64,000 nucleotides of DNA from Octopus bimaculoides. Its lineage: Eukaryota. The translations under genes were made by a program, and so were the position numbers. A model generated the notes under the pieces. It was not told where the DNA came from. It ran no database searches and saw only the letters and a program-made list of their open reading frames with translations. Below are positions 12,377-25,858 of this stretch, piece by piece (positions within the stretch are counted from its first letter, which is position 1; each line of letters opens with the position of its first letter). The stretch is taken from the NCBI RefSeq assembly GCF_001194135.2, contig NC_068990.1:24503885-24567884 (forward strand), written 5' to 3'.

Positions 12377-12847
12377 GGAAGAGAAAGAGGGAGAGAGAGA
12401 GAAGAGGGAGAAGAGAAAGAAGGAGAGAGAGAGAAAGTAGCTTAACGCTACTTATGAAAATGTTTCTGTAAATCAGACACTGATGTGATTTAAACACAGT
12501 CTATTTTCACAATGGCAAATGGATATTTACTAAACGCAGGCAGGTGATGCTCCAGCATGACCATAGACAAATGAATGAAAGGAGTATAATAATAAAAGTA
12601 AAAGAATACAAAGAAGCTTTCAATCTAGCCATTGCAAACATCAGCGCCCTGCATCGGTACTTTTGTTAATTAGCACGCGTAGCTAACGAATGCACAGTTA
12701 TACAGTTAAGTAAAATTGCTGCTTGTTACTCATAGCATTTTTCCGAAGTATTTCTAAGGTACATACCCTCCTATTCTCTCGCTCTCTTCTTTCCTTCTCT
12801 TTCTCCCTCTCTTTTTTTTCTTTCTATTTCTCTCGATCATGCGCACG

Positions 12848-12918
<71 letters not shown>

Positions 12919-13085
12919 NNNNNNNNNNNNNNNNNNNNNNNNNNNNNNNNNNNNNNNNNNNNNNNNNNNNNNNNNNNNNNNNNNNNNNNNNNNNNNNNNN
13001 NNNNNNNNNNNNNNNNNNNNNNNNNNNNNNNNNNNNNNNNNNNNNNNNNNNNNNNNNNNNNNNNNNNNNNNNNNNGTGTGTGTGT

Positions 13086-13135
<50 letters not shown>

Positions 13136-13679
13136 AAGAGGTATACAGACATGCAGACATACTGACATGCAAACACAGCCATGGATAGAGAGCTAACTGA
13201 AGGGACTAATGATGAAACGATTTCAGGCATTCTATGTAGAACTGTTATTTAACGTCTCCTTTTCCTATGACAACATGTTCAGAGAAAACGCGCTTTTTTC
13301 CTCAAGCAGATCAAGCAAATAGGTAAAGGATCCTTGTTTACATCAAAGTGGTCTGTGTATGAAGTCAGAGTCAATTAAAGCACGAGTTTCATTTGAATGT
13401 TTTGGCTTCAGTTCTGATGAAAATCATGTAATATCTCAAAGTAAAAAGAATTCAAGCTGCTGAACGAAATGTGAGTTCGATAGTCGATAAACATTTGAGC
13501 AAAACATAAATAGTATCAAAGTCACCCATGTAGAGTATGTTTAGAAATATATATAAGAACAGCAGTACTTGCGCTCGATTTAAGTTGCAAAAGCCAGTTA
13601 TTTAATTTAATTCATCATTATTTACAAAATTAATTGAAAAAAAAGACAGTGCATTTTAACAGTAATATGGCAACAAATG

Positions 13680-14045
13680 GAAGTCGGTGAGCAGAAACGT
13701 TAGCACACCGGGCGAAATGCTTATCGGTAATTTCGTCTGTCTTACGTTCTGAGTTCAAATTCCGCTCAGGTCGACTTTATCTTTCATCCTTTCGGGGGTC
13801 GATAAATTAAGTACCAGTTGCGTACTGGGATCTATACAGGGTGTCCACAAAGTCTGGGTACATGGGGATTAAAACATACTTTAAGAAATTATTATTTCTC
13901 ACATTTAATTGTTTATGATATGATTTTATTTACTCCATGTACCCAGACTTTGTGGATACCCTGTATAGACTCCAGTACGCAACTGGTACTTAATTTATCG
14001 ATCCCGAAAGGATGAAAGCCTTGTGCCGATAGTAGAAAGGATTCT
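13680..14045 (+). mobile_element. SINE family A copy interrupted by a MITE and an inverted self-duplication
   Basis: GCAGAAACGTTAGCACACCGGGCGAAATGCTTA..TTCTGAGTTCAAATTCCG..; the normal tail GCCTTGTGCCGATAGTAGAAAGGATT resumes at about 14018. Confidence 0.85.
13837..13963. mobile_element. Tc1/mariner-type MITE, 127 bp, 29-bp TIRs, TA target duplication
   Basis: TA-CAGGGTGTCCACAAAGTCTGGGTACATGG ... CCATGTACCCAGACTTTGTGGATACCCTG-TA; 28 of 29 positions complementary. Confidence 0.92.
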
Positions 14046-15341
14046 TTCTTAATTTCTGCCTTGATGGAAATTAATCCGGCCATAATAATCACATGTTCAA
14101 TTCAGCCAGGACTAGATTATCTATCGAACACATCATTAATTTTCTTTTAAGATGGTGATTGATAAAGTGTAACTAAACAGACGGATGGGCTGAGTCGTGA
14201 CAATGTCTGACAGACTGCTTTGCGGTTTAGATTCTAGCTCTTTGCACTCTGAATTCAAATACCGCTTACACCAACTTAAATGCTTTTGGGATCAATAAAG
14301 TTACAGTCCCTTGTATTGGGGTTGGTTCTGCTCTTAGTTTCCCTATCTTTTTGTCTAGAACTCAACTGCGGTCAAACCAAGAGTGTAAGGGGCTATTACA
14401 TGTCTAAAATTGCCCGAAACACGCTGTATGTCATAACGATAAGCCTACAACTTCATGAAGATCTGAATTCGAAAACAAGGCGGAGAGAGAGACTAGTGGG
14501 GTGTGAAGATTTAGCTTCTATTTCTAACAGGCTGCTAAATCTCCTTCATTTGCTTGTTAAATCTTGTTTTAGCATTTTAGTTTAATATTTTGAAATATCT
14601 AACCTCTGTGAACCTAACATATGCAAAACAAAGGGGATAAAATTAAAAGAAATATAATTGCCGGTGCACCGCAACATGTCAGTCTCTACGAGGTCGCTCG
14701 ACCTGCTATATTTAGCATCCAAAACTGCTTCTACTCGTATTTTAATGTATTTAAACAAAAGATGTACATTCACCGAGGTGACCCTTACACACGATACATG
14801 AATAACAGACTAATTGGTCACGGATAGAAAGGCTTCGATTAAAGTTCTGCTTAAATACAGCTGACCTGATTTAAACAATAGCTACATCATCATCAACAAC
14901 AACATCAATACTAGCACCAAAAACACCAACACCAACAACGTTTATTAGAAAGTGTATACCAAGCATCAACGCCATCTGAAGGGAATTGGCAATCAATATT
15001 TCACAAAACTAACCTCTAGAAATGATCTCTTCAATCAACCTATTTTGTCTTAAAATAACATTAAGCGATACCAAAGCACAATGCAGTGATAAAGTTTTAC
15101 GGAATGTATGGATTTTGCTGTAGCGTTTGCAGCTTACTACGACACGTAATGGAAATACTAGCAGCTGCATGGAAAGTGGTCACTTCTTATTCTAGAAATA
15201 AAAACCAAGTGTATCTCAAATCAAGCCTCGCCGAAATAAATGCAAAATGTATCATATCGACATATTTCATACATGTTTCGTATCGTAACATGTTTCATAT
15301 AGTAAACGTACGGTTATATGTAACATAGGTAATGTCATACA

Positions 15342-15412
<71 letters not shown>

Positions 15413-15684
15413 CTTCTTACACTCTCTCTTTCTCTCTCTGACGCTCTCTCTCCACCATCTCTGTATATCCTTTTATTATATTATCGAGGAGCCACATACT
15501 CGTTAACATCATTCTCGTTCACATCAGTGCGAGTTCCTCACCTGGTCTGGGACAACGGGTGTTCTCTAACACTCGGTGTTGTGTAGGCAGCTGTCCCAGG
15601 ACGATATCCCCGGAACAAATAGGCGTATAAACAAAACATATGAACTGCTTTCAATTCAGAATCCATCCGTCCATCTATAAATAC

Positions 15685-15757
<73 letters not shown>

Positions 15758-16074
15758 GCCAATATTTTATTTATTTAAGCATTAGTAAATCAACTACTGA
15801 TCGTTGTTTCAATTTTTTTGCCCTTTTCCTTTTCCATGAGGTTGTGATAGAAATTCAGGAATCCGCCGATTAACAACCACACCCCGCACGTGAGTGGAAT
15901 GGTTTTATGTAGTGTACTTTGTGTAAATAAAATGAATGGGTCGATAATGCATAAGTACTTCTCAAGATAATGGCCAGCGAGAAAAAACTCCTACCTGCAA
16001 TTGCGGCACTGCGGGACTCAACTTAGAACCTCATAGAGCCTCATCAATCATCTACGTACACTCTAACATGCAGG

Positions 16075-16116
16075 AAGATAGATAGATAGAGAGATAGAGA
16101 GATAGAGAGAGAGAGG

Positions 16117-16174
<58 letters not shown>

Positions 16175-16245
16175 GACAGACAAGGACGGATGGACGGACG
16201 GACGGATGGATGGTTGGACGGACGGACGGAAAGGAAGATCGACAG
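16075..16245. repeat. Graded compound microsatellite (GATA)-(GA)-(GACA)-(GGAC/GGAT)
   Basis: Direct reading. Confidence 0.9.
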
Positions 16246-17122
16246 ATATAGATAAATATACATAAACGGGTCGAAATGGTGCAAGTTATACATTGCCGAA
16301 CGCACGAGGATCCTTAAAGACTCGTTCGTGTCAGGGGGCATCCTNNNNNNNNNNNNNNNNNNNNNNNNNNNNNNNNNNNNNNNNNNNNNNNNNNNNNNNN
16401 NNNNNNNNNNNNNNNNNNNNNNNNNNNNNNNNNNNNNNNNNNNNNNNNNNNNNNNNNNNNNNNNNNNNNNNNNNNNNNNNNNNNNNNNNNNNNNNNNNNN
16501 NNNNNNNNNNNNNNNNNNNNNNNNNNNNNNNNNNNNNNNNNNNNNNNNNNNNNNNNNNNNNNNNNNNNNNNNNNNNNNNNNNNNNNNNNNNNNNNNNNNN
16601 NNNNNNNNNNNNNNNNNNNNNNNNNNNNNNNNNNNNNNNNNNNNNNNNNNNNNNNNNNNNNNNNNNNNNNNNNNNNNNNNNNNNNNNNNNNNNNNNNNNN
16701 NNNNNNNNNNNNNNNNNNNNNNNNNNNNNNNNNNNNNNNNNNNNNNNNNNNNNNNNNNNNNNNNNNNNNNNNNNNNNNNNNNNNNNNNNNNNNNNNNNNN
16801 NNNNNNNNNNNNNNNNNNNNNNNNNNNNNNNNNNNNNNNNNNNNNNNNNNNNNNNNNNNNNNNNNNNNNNNNNNNNNNNNNNNNNNNNNNNNNNNNNNNN
16901 NNNNNNNNNNNNNNNNNNNNNNNNNNNNNNNNNNNNNNNNNNNNNNNNNNNNNNNNNNNNNNNNNNNNNNNNNNNNNNNNNNNNNNNNNNNNNNNNNNNN
17001 NNNNNNNNNNNNNNNNNNNNNNNNNNNNNNNNNNNNNNNNNNNNNNNNNNNNNNNNNNNNNNNNNNNNNNNNNNNNNNNNNNNNNNNNNNNNNNNNNNNN
17101 NNNNNNNNNNNNNNCAATAAAA

Positions 17123-17181
<59 letters not shown>

Positions 17182-18889
17182 TATATGCGTGATCATTGGT
17201 GTGTTGTGTCCACGTCATTTAAATGTCCTTTAACTACACGTTTGTCAAACAGGTTTTAAGCATGTACCAATGGCGCTGAGCAGGTTTCAGTTGTTCTCTA
17301 CGATGAGAAAACAGTCTATTATATTCACGGATTGCTGGTTACGCTATTCCTTGTATTATCATACAGATGGTATTGAGATAGAAGAAATATTTCATGTAGT
17401 GTCGTTTAGTAGACTTAAAGTGTGAAAATTTCGCTTCATAATATTGAAGTAACTAGAAATGTTGAAAAGCAAAAAGTAATGACTTGTTAATAATTGTGGG
17501 AGTGAATACTGAGAAAAGGAATGACAGGTTGGTAACAACCGCTAAATACATTGAATAATAAAGGATATACATATATACACAAACACTCACATGCACACAC
17601 ATACACGCACATACGCACACCCACATATACACACACACTTACATATATATATATATATGAAAGTGAATGTGGATATCTATATATATGTACAAATATATAT
17701 ATATATATATATATANNNNNNNNNNNNNNNNNNNNNNNNNNNNNNNNNNNNNNNNNNNNNNNNNNNNNNNNNNNNNNNNNNNNNNNNNNNNNNNNNNNNN
17801 NNNNNNNNNNNNNNNNNNNNNNNNNNNNNNNNNNNNNNNNNNNNNNNNNNNNNNNNNNNNNNNNNNNNNNNNNNNNNNNNNNNNNNNNNNNNNNNNNNNN
17901 NNNNNNNNNNNNNNNNNNNNNNNNNNNNNNNNNNNNNNNNNNNNNNNNNNNNNNNNNNNNNNNNNNNNNNNNNNNNNNNNNNNNNNNNNNNNNNNNNNNN
18001 NNNNNNNNNNNNNNNNNNNNNNNNNNNNNNNNNNNNNNNNNNNNNNNNNNNNNNNNNNNNNNNNNNNNNNNNNNNNNNNNNNNNNNNNNNNNNNNNNNNN
18101 NNNNNNNNNNNNNNNNNNNNNNNNNNNNNNNNNNNNNNNNNNNNNNNNNNNNNNNNNNNNNNNNNNNNNNNNNNNNNNNNNNNNNNNNNNNNNNNNNNNN
18201 NNNNNNNNNNNNNNNNNNNNNNNNNNNNNNNNNNNNNNNNNNNNNNNNNNNNNNNNNNNNNNNNNNNNNNNNNNNNNNNNNNNNNNNNNNNNNNNNNNNN
18301 NNNNNNATATATATAATTTTGTTTCGATTCCACTTATTATTATTGTAGTCCAATTACGTCACTAATGTCATGGGAATACATGGCCGTCATAATATATTCT
18401 TGACTCCATTTTCATATTAGGCTTGTTGGGGGAAGTCAAGTGGAAATTATTCGCCGATAGCTCTTTTTCTTTTTTTGTTTTATGCAAAGACTGAATTATG
18501 AGAAACTTTGACTGAGGACGTTTTGCCGATTTCTATGACAAAATACTTTTGAATTTTCCATCAGACGAACGTTGATCGGCGAAAATCTAAATTCACAAGA
18601 CAATAACCTATTTATTCATTCTGTCAGATTCGATTGTAGATAAGCATGTTATTGCTTGAATCCTCGCCTTTCTACGTGCACCCGACGACTTATATCTGCG
18701 CGCATCAGCACATATTTCATTTGCTCATTTCTGCCCTTGCTCTGGAAAGATTCATCGATTCGGCCGTATAAATACACATTAGCTAAAGTAAGATGATGTT
18801 CTTCAATGAGGAAAAACAACGGTGGTCAGATATTCTTGTTCGAAATCTAGCACTTGCCCACTGTAGCAGTGTAAACTCACTACTACAGC

Positions 18890-19070
18890 GATCTCTCAGG
18901 AAGATGCAGAACACTTGGTGAGAGGATCTGCTGCTGATGAAAATAACAGCAGGAAGCTTTACCATTTTATGAAGCAAGCTTATGGGCCTAAGAAGGCAAC
19001 ATCAGCTCCTTTGCTTTCTAAGGGATCTTCCACTCTGTTTACTAAATCAACAGAAATGACAGGAAACAAA
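18890..19070 (+). mobile_element. RTE-clade LINE ORF2 fragment (region between endonuclease and RT)
   Basis: RKMQNTW..AADENNSRKLYHFMKQAYGPKKATSAPLLSKGSSTLFT matches the RTE/BovB-type pattern QNxWW..AD..xFYxAIKxVYGP..APLxSxDGxTLLT. Confidence 0.75.
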
Positions 19071-20869
19071 GCTGACAATTTTCTATTCGGACTGGTTGTT
19101 CAGAAATTTTGTGTTTTTGCTACAGATGTCACACAAATGTAGTGACAAGATTTAGACTCCTGAATTCTTTATTAGTTCTCCTTCACCCTATCGTTGTGTT
19201 CCTCCCTACTGTCCTAAAACAGTTCTTTCTGTTAGAAAATGAACCCGCTTTCACATTATAATTTTTCTACCGAAAACAATTTAACATACATGGGTTAGAG
19301 TTAGTTCTGCAAGAAGAACCTTTTTTGGAACCCTATAAAAATTGCTTTCTATTTTCTGTTTTATACTGTTTCCTTTGTTTTTGTTTTGTTATTTTTTTCT
19401 ACTGTAGACCATTTGTTTGAGGACTTAATTTCTCAGCTCATTTTTCTATCAACATAAATTATCAGGTCTTAATCTTGCAGGATTTTCATGACACAGTAAT
19501 CATCACAGCATATCGGCCAATGTACATATCCAGCCTGCAGTTAGCAACAGACAGATTCCAATATAAGCAATGATATCGTCTTAGTAGTGTATCGAAGAAG
19601 CAAATGCATTTACTGATTCGGTACATGAATCTCTAAAGCATGTTACTTATGAGAGATTAACCTTCAGTACGGAGTTGATTTACGGTAATTTTTGATAAAT
19701 ATACTAGTAAACACAAAGGAGATCGAGTAAATATTTACAACTACAATAACATTTTACTTTAAGTTTTTCTATTTAAACGCTGTGTAACGATATAATTTTA
19801 TAATGTCTTGTTTGTTATTTGCTGCCTCACAAAAACAAATGAGTTCACATTTAAATTAACGGAAACTACAAAGACAAAACGAAGAGCAAGAGGAAAAGAA
19901 AAACAAAACAGACAAAGAAACTCAGACAATGAAATTACAGAAATTAGTTGTTAGTTAAAGAGAATTTGCTTGATGTTCTGGGCGAAAGTATCCATAAGCA
20001 TGCATGAGACTGAAGTTGCCAAACCTGAACTCGGCAATCAATTTCCAATAAACAGGTGTTTCAATTTGTCAAAATTATTCAATTCAGTTGAGACAGCACA
20101 ATTCCATTAGAGATGCAGAAGCAATTCTGTTCAGACAGAAGGCATAGCCGGGTGAATTGATCAGAATTAGGTCAAGGGAAAAAAGAAATAGCACAAACAG
20201 AAGTTAATGTCTTATGTTCTATAGTCGATAGCCCTATGTTTCTGAACTTGCAAGTTCTTTGATTTCATATTTCACATTATCCATATTGATTATAACAAAG
20301 CTTTCATCATTTAATCTTTTTATCAAACAGATCATTTCTATTTTTATTCTCCAAAGCAATGTCATTGATCTAGATAACTACAATATTCAATTTACAGTGT
20401 CAAGATAGAAAGCATAAAATCTTTAAAGGATAATTTCCAGAATGATAGGATTCAGGAATTAAAGTCTTTGTACGGAGATCCAAACTAACCAGTATCACGT
20501 ACAATTTCACCTGCGTTACTAAAGCTTGAGAAGGTACGACTGTCACAATCTCCATTCCCACTGGAGTGTCCCGATCTCCTTCCCCTTCTAAAGTTAACTG
20601 ATATACTCATTTCCATTTATGGACACATCTATTTACTATCAATCAAACTGTGTATATGGAAAGATTTTCAGGTTGGCTCCAATCATATTACTAATACCCA
20701 ATACAATGTCGTTTCGGGTTGTGATAGTGACATCTTGTACTTTTAGTTATTGGATTTACTTTCGAAATATGTGGTTTTAAATCACAGGAAGAACTATTTT
20801 GAATCCTAGCTGGGACTATTTAATTGCATTTTTGTCTATAAGGTATTTGGAAACGAGGTGAATATTCTT

Positions 20870-20995
20870 TTGCACTCTAGGCACATGGCCTGAATTTTTT
20901 TGGGAGGTGGGGGAAGTTGATTAGATCAACCCCAGTGCACAGACTGGTACTTAATTTATTGAGCCGAAAGGTTGAAGGGCAAAGTCGACTCGGCT
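20870..20995 (-). mobile_element. SINE family A, 3' half
   Basis: CTCTAGGCACATGGCC..CTGGTACTTAATTTATTGAGCCGAAAGGTTGAAGGGCAAAGTCGAC. Confidence 0.8.
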
Positions 20996-20999
20996 GATA

Positions 21000-21195
21000 A
21001 AATATGAGTTGTAACTGTATTTCAAAGGACCAGCCTTGTTACATTCTGTGTCGTGCTGAATCTCTCTGAGAACTACGCGAAGGGCACGCGTGCCTGTGGA
21101 GTTCTGAGCCACTTGCACGGTAGTTTCACGAGAAGGCTGTTCTGCTGATCGGATCAATCAGAACCCTTGTCGTCGTAACCGACGGAATGCCACTT
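21000..21195 (+). mobile_element. SINE family B/D shared tail, head missing
   Basis: TTTCAAAGGACCAGCCTTGTTACATTCTGTGTCGTGCTGAATCTCTCTGAGAACTACG..GTCGTCGTAACCGACGGAATGCC. Confidence 0.85.
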
Positions 21196-21704
21196 AATAA
21201 TGGGACATGTTGTAGAAATACACCTGTTCTCATTTCTTGACATATAGCCGCTGAAAGCTGCAATTAGTCATTTCAAAATAATTTTAGTTTATCATCACAC
21301 AACTCCCAACTCCACAGCTCTACACTGATTCCAACGTTTATTTCACGCCAACTATTGATCTGCTTTAGATAGAAAACAGATAATTAACAATTTAATTATT
21401 TATTAGTCGAAATGTCCGCCTTTTCACCATTCAATAATGCCTAAAATATAACAATTAAAACAACAATTTAAATAGATTTAAATCTATCAATTAGTTTTCA
21501 CTTCTTTGTAAAGGTCAAGCCGTCGTATATCTATCTAAACCTTCTGCTTGCCTCAAACTGAAATATATGCGCCATTATTGATAATGTTGTTTAACCACAG
21601 ATCAGCGTTGATCAAGTAATCTATACATATAGACATCTCAATCGTGACAATCTCGTATTTTTTGCGGCAAAAGACTATTGTTGTTGATATTTCGAACGTT
21701 TAAG

Positions 21705-21955
21705 GCTGTGAACTGGCACAATCGTTACCGCACCGGATAAAATGCTGTGCGGTATTTTTTTCCGTCTTTATACTCTGAGTTCAAATTCCATCCAGGTCGA
21801 CTTTGCCTTTCATCTTCCAGGTATCGATAAAGTAAGACTTACCCATCTAATAGACTTACCCATCTAATATACTTACACATCTAATAGACTTACCCTTCTA
21901 ATAGACTTACCCTGCCCCACCAATTTGGTCGCCTTATGCCAAAATTTGAAAACAA
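21705..21955 (+). mobile_element. SINE family A copy containing a 17-bp minisatellite
   Basis: Family A head and central domain, then (AGACTTACCCATCTAAT)x4.6 at 21835-21912, then the tail GCCTTATGCCAAAATTTGAAA. Confidence 0.8.
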
Positions 21956-23904
21956 TATTTCGCAAGTTTATTCTCTTTGGTTTTAAATGAAGACCGTTGC
22001 ATTTTTAAGCAAACGCTGAAATTTATTTTCATTTCGAAAAACCTTTGATCTCACTATGGGACATGTTTTGCTCCGGTTAAATTAAATAATGAATTTTCTT
22101 CGATAACCTGAGATGATTTCCATACACTATTTATGAAATACACATTCTTCAGAAACTTATTACTGGTTGAAATTCTTAGTAAGACAATGAATGCGTCATT
22201 TTCACCTCCATATTTTTATTTTTATTTTTTTGATTCACTTCAGAATATGACAGATATGTCATTACGTTTTAAAGATATCGAGGTGTAATTTAAAGAATAC
22301 TGAACTGAAATTCTACAAGATTGAGAGATCATTTAGAAGGTTTCTTATCAGCTTGAAGATTTAATGATTAACGTAGATATTACTGATATCAGGAATAAGT
22401 AATGATTCCGTTAAGTTAAATCAAGCTCAGATTTTCAATTTGGCCTTTTCTTTATTCCAATTAGTATAATCTTAAGCAAATGACAATTTTTTCCTGCTAA
22501 TGGTGCTAATCTATTGCAGCTGGCTTTCATAAATATCACAACATCTAGTAACTGACAAATTTATAATATGTCTAGTTTAGAATAACGTATTCTTCCTAGA
22601 ATTCAAATGTAACACCTGCAATAAGCGTTATATTTTATCACTTGGAAACACGAGAGCAAAACTCGGGTTGAGTAGTATATCAATTTCTCTTCCAATCTCA
22701 AACGTCGAAGTGTGGATCAAATCTTATTTGGCTAAATAGGAGCGGATTTACAACTTCAAATGGTAATCTTTTTGTTACATTCTCAACCAATACTAAAAGA
22801 TTCGTTAGAAGTCAATAATCTATGATGTGGCTGTAGTAACAACAGTTACGAAGAAAAGAATTTTTATGTGGTCATCCGACATGCTTGAAATCGTAGTTAA
22901 ATCGTTCTCAACCCACACCCTTCCATTTATATAAAATGGATAATCTATTCAGAAAAAACATTCTACATACAAACGGTACATTCTCGACCACTATGCTTTC
23001 TATTTTTGCCGAAGCTGTCTTGGAGCTAGATTTCATCATCAGCAACAACAAACAAAGAAAAAAATCTATGCAAATTTTGCGAACAAAGCCCGCTAATATA
23101 CATATCAAACAGCTGAAATCGTGTAGTGATCCTAAAACTGTTTCCCCTCTATGTTGGCCCGCATGAGTAATAAAAATAACAGATTCTAAAACTGCATTTT
23201 GTAAATTACCGTTAAAAAACAGTTAACGCTAATTACATCTATGTGATTATGATGTTAGTTAATTTATGATGGTGCATGACAGTGTGGTTACGAAATTCAC
23301 TTCGTAACCACATTGGTTCCTTAGTCCTGTGTGGTATCCAGAGAAAATGTATATAATGGTTCCAGATTTATCAAGGCTTTAAGAGTCATGTTTGGTAGGT
23401 CAAACTTCCGATATATTGGCTTCAAATTTTGGCATACTTTTGGCGCGCGTGCGCTTGCACACACAAGCACACACATACACGTATACATACTTACTTACAT
23501 ACGTACATACATAAATGCACACCCACGTACGTACGAATGTATGAATGTATGGTTATGTAAATATGATTTTAGAAAATTGCAAAATTTAGAAAATGTGGGA
23601 AATGACAAAAGACGTCAAAGTGATTTGAGCGATGATAAAGTAAACATGGGGGGAAAAAAACGAATCTGCAAAAGAAAAGAAAATTGGTAAAAAAAATGGA
23701 GATGATAGTTTAACGTCCGGTATAAGAAGCTCTATATCTGCGCAGGATAGATGTATAGAATTAAATGTTAGACCCTACATCGAGGCATATATGTGTATAT
23801 TTTTTATAATTTTGCAGATAAACACCTAACCTTGCACTAAAATAATTTGGGAGTTAGCAGTCAATGAGAATTATACTTTCTGGATCATGCCTATATATAT
23901 ATAT

Positions 23905-24160
23905 ATATAATACAGAATGGGACAAGAACGCAAAACATCCAAATAGACGATACAAGGAAACAAGGACAGGTCATTCGGAGTTTTCTTTCTTCAGTCGAGA
24001 TCCAGGTTATCCTTGCAATTTCGACTGGTTATTCCCGATATTGCTCCAATCTGGCCAGCCCCAAGGAAAAACTAATCTAAGAGCATGAGATTCCTTGGAA
24101 GAAAGCAGCGAATGTATACAAAAACAAGGACGAAAAAAAACCCAACAATGTTACACAAAT

Positions 24161-24165
<5 letters not shown>
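23905..24165 (-). mobile_element. Unclassified dispersed element abutting (TA)n at both ends, possibly a Penelope-like terminus
   Basis: GC-richer 260-bp block between two (TA)n tracts. The minus strand has CTGAAGA, a short hairpin, GAAT and a pyrimidine-rich tail. Confidence 0.4.
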
Positions 24166-24195
<30 letters not shown>

Positions 24196-25811
24196 CCACT
24201 TACACACAGTCATATGATCTAGGAAGAAGACATGTCTGTTTCCGAAGTACCCGAAGAAGACAATACCCAACTAGATTAAAATGACAGCCTTTACAGTTTA
24301 GACAAGCTTCTCTCTAGAGTTAGTAATACCGAATATATTTTAGAGTAAGAAATATAATCTTATGTAAATGTAATACTATTTTATTGTTTATGACGTCATT
24401 TTCTATTGTGTAATTTTTCTCTAATGCAAACTATTCATGTAAAACTTCATATTTTATCATTCATTCCCTTCCTTGAGACGTGTTCTTTATTTACCTAGTT
24501 TGATGCAGCAAAAGATTAAACTAGTCGAGAAGGAAAATATTTCTAAAACGTGTAATCTTTAAGCAAATATTTGTCTTGATTTTATGCATTTTGTTCGAAG
24601 CCACAATATTTCCTACAAAAATGCTTCCACCTTAAAACATACCATGGTGATCCAACGTTAATTCTCTTGTTTTCGGATTCCTTTCATCTATTAATCCTGG
24701 GATTTCAAAACAAACATAACGCTTTTTATGATGAAGTAACTAACACTTCACTAAAATATCTGTAAGTTATTCTAAAACATTGCTAACGTCAGTAAGCGAA
24801 ATTGTGCAATAAGGGAACCTTGTTGTTCTATTTTTTCTATTTCATACATTAAGTATTTCAGTTTTGCTGTTTACCCCCGGTTATAACTGGTTTGTCAGAC
24901 TTCAGATCAGAGGCTTTCCAATCGTTGCTATCCTAATTTCTAATTCTTTGGTATATACTGTGTTAGATTATTTTTACAGACGTATCTCTTGTTATCTCCT
25001 TTTCTTTCCGTTATTGAATTTCGGTCATGCTGTAACACCGCCTTGAAGAGCTCACTCGAACGAATCGCTCCCAGTAATGCTAGTACTTATTTTATCGGCC
25101 CAGAAACAGACAAGAGGCAGACAGACAGATAAAGAGAGAGAAGGGGTAGAAAAATAAGTACTAAGACTTCTGAAATCAAAGGAGAATGCACCCCTTCAAA
25201 AACGATGAGTCAACACCTTGCATTCCACAGTAAAATATCACCAACTATTCTTTAGTCTAATAGTGCATGTCACCCGCCAAAATTGTTGGGTCGCAACACT
25301 GTATTAGCACATAGCCACCTGTTCGATTAGAAATTAAAATTATTTTATTTACATCTTCAATGGTTCAGTGAACGGTTTAATGAAAGCTGAAAAGAATTAA
25401 TTAAAAACATCGATGCATTATTTACAGATGAATTATATTTTTCACGGGACATTGAAACAATTTAGTGTAATTATCACAAATCCGAAGTTCTTTGATCACA
25501 GTATCCATAATTATAATGTGAAAAAATGCTAATGTTGTTTTCCATCGTTGTTAATCAGAACATTAATGTTTTATCTTTTATCTTTGATCTCTGACTTGTT
25601 TCACTCGTTGGACTGCGACCATGCTGGTGCACCATCTTTGAAGGGTTTTAGTCGAAAATATTAACCCCAGTACTTATGCATATTTTAAAGTCTGCTACGT
25701 ATTCTATGCATCTCTTTTATCGAACCTCTAAGTTACGGAAGCATAAACAAAACAACACCTGTTGAAAAGCGGGTGTTAGGGGTGGAACAAACAGCAAAAC
25801 CATGCACACAC

Positions 25812-25858
<47 letters not shown>

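Noticed and set aside
12843-13132. (CA)n and (TG)n facing each other across a gap, a possible hairpin
   Set aside because: The intervening sequence is N, so orientation across the gap may be a scaffolding artefact.
16285-16344. Hairpin followed by GGCAATG on the minus strand, reminiscent of an HDV-like ribozyme J4/2
   Set aside because: The upstream part falls in a gap, so P1-P3 cannot be assembled.
16063-18365. Long ORFs of 200-377 aa in the track (also at 28.0-29.1, 33.7-34.3, 43.9-44.7 and 12.7-13.2 kb)
   Set aside because: They are runs of X across N-gaps plus (TA)n/(CA)n translations (YIYI, HTHT, CVCV) and carry no coding information.
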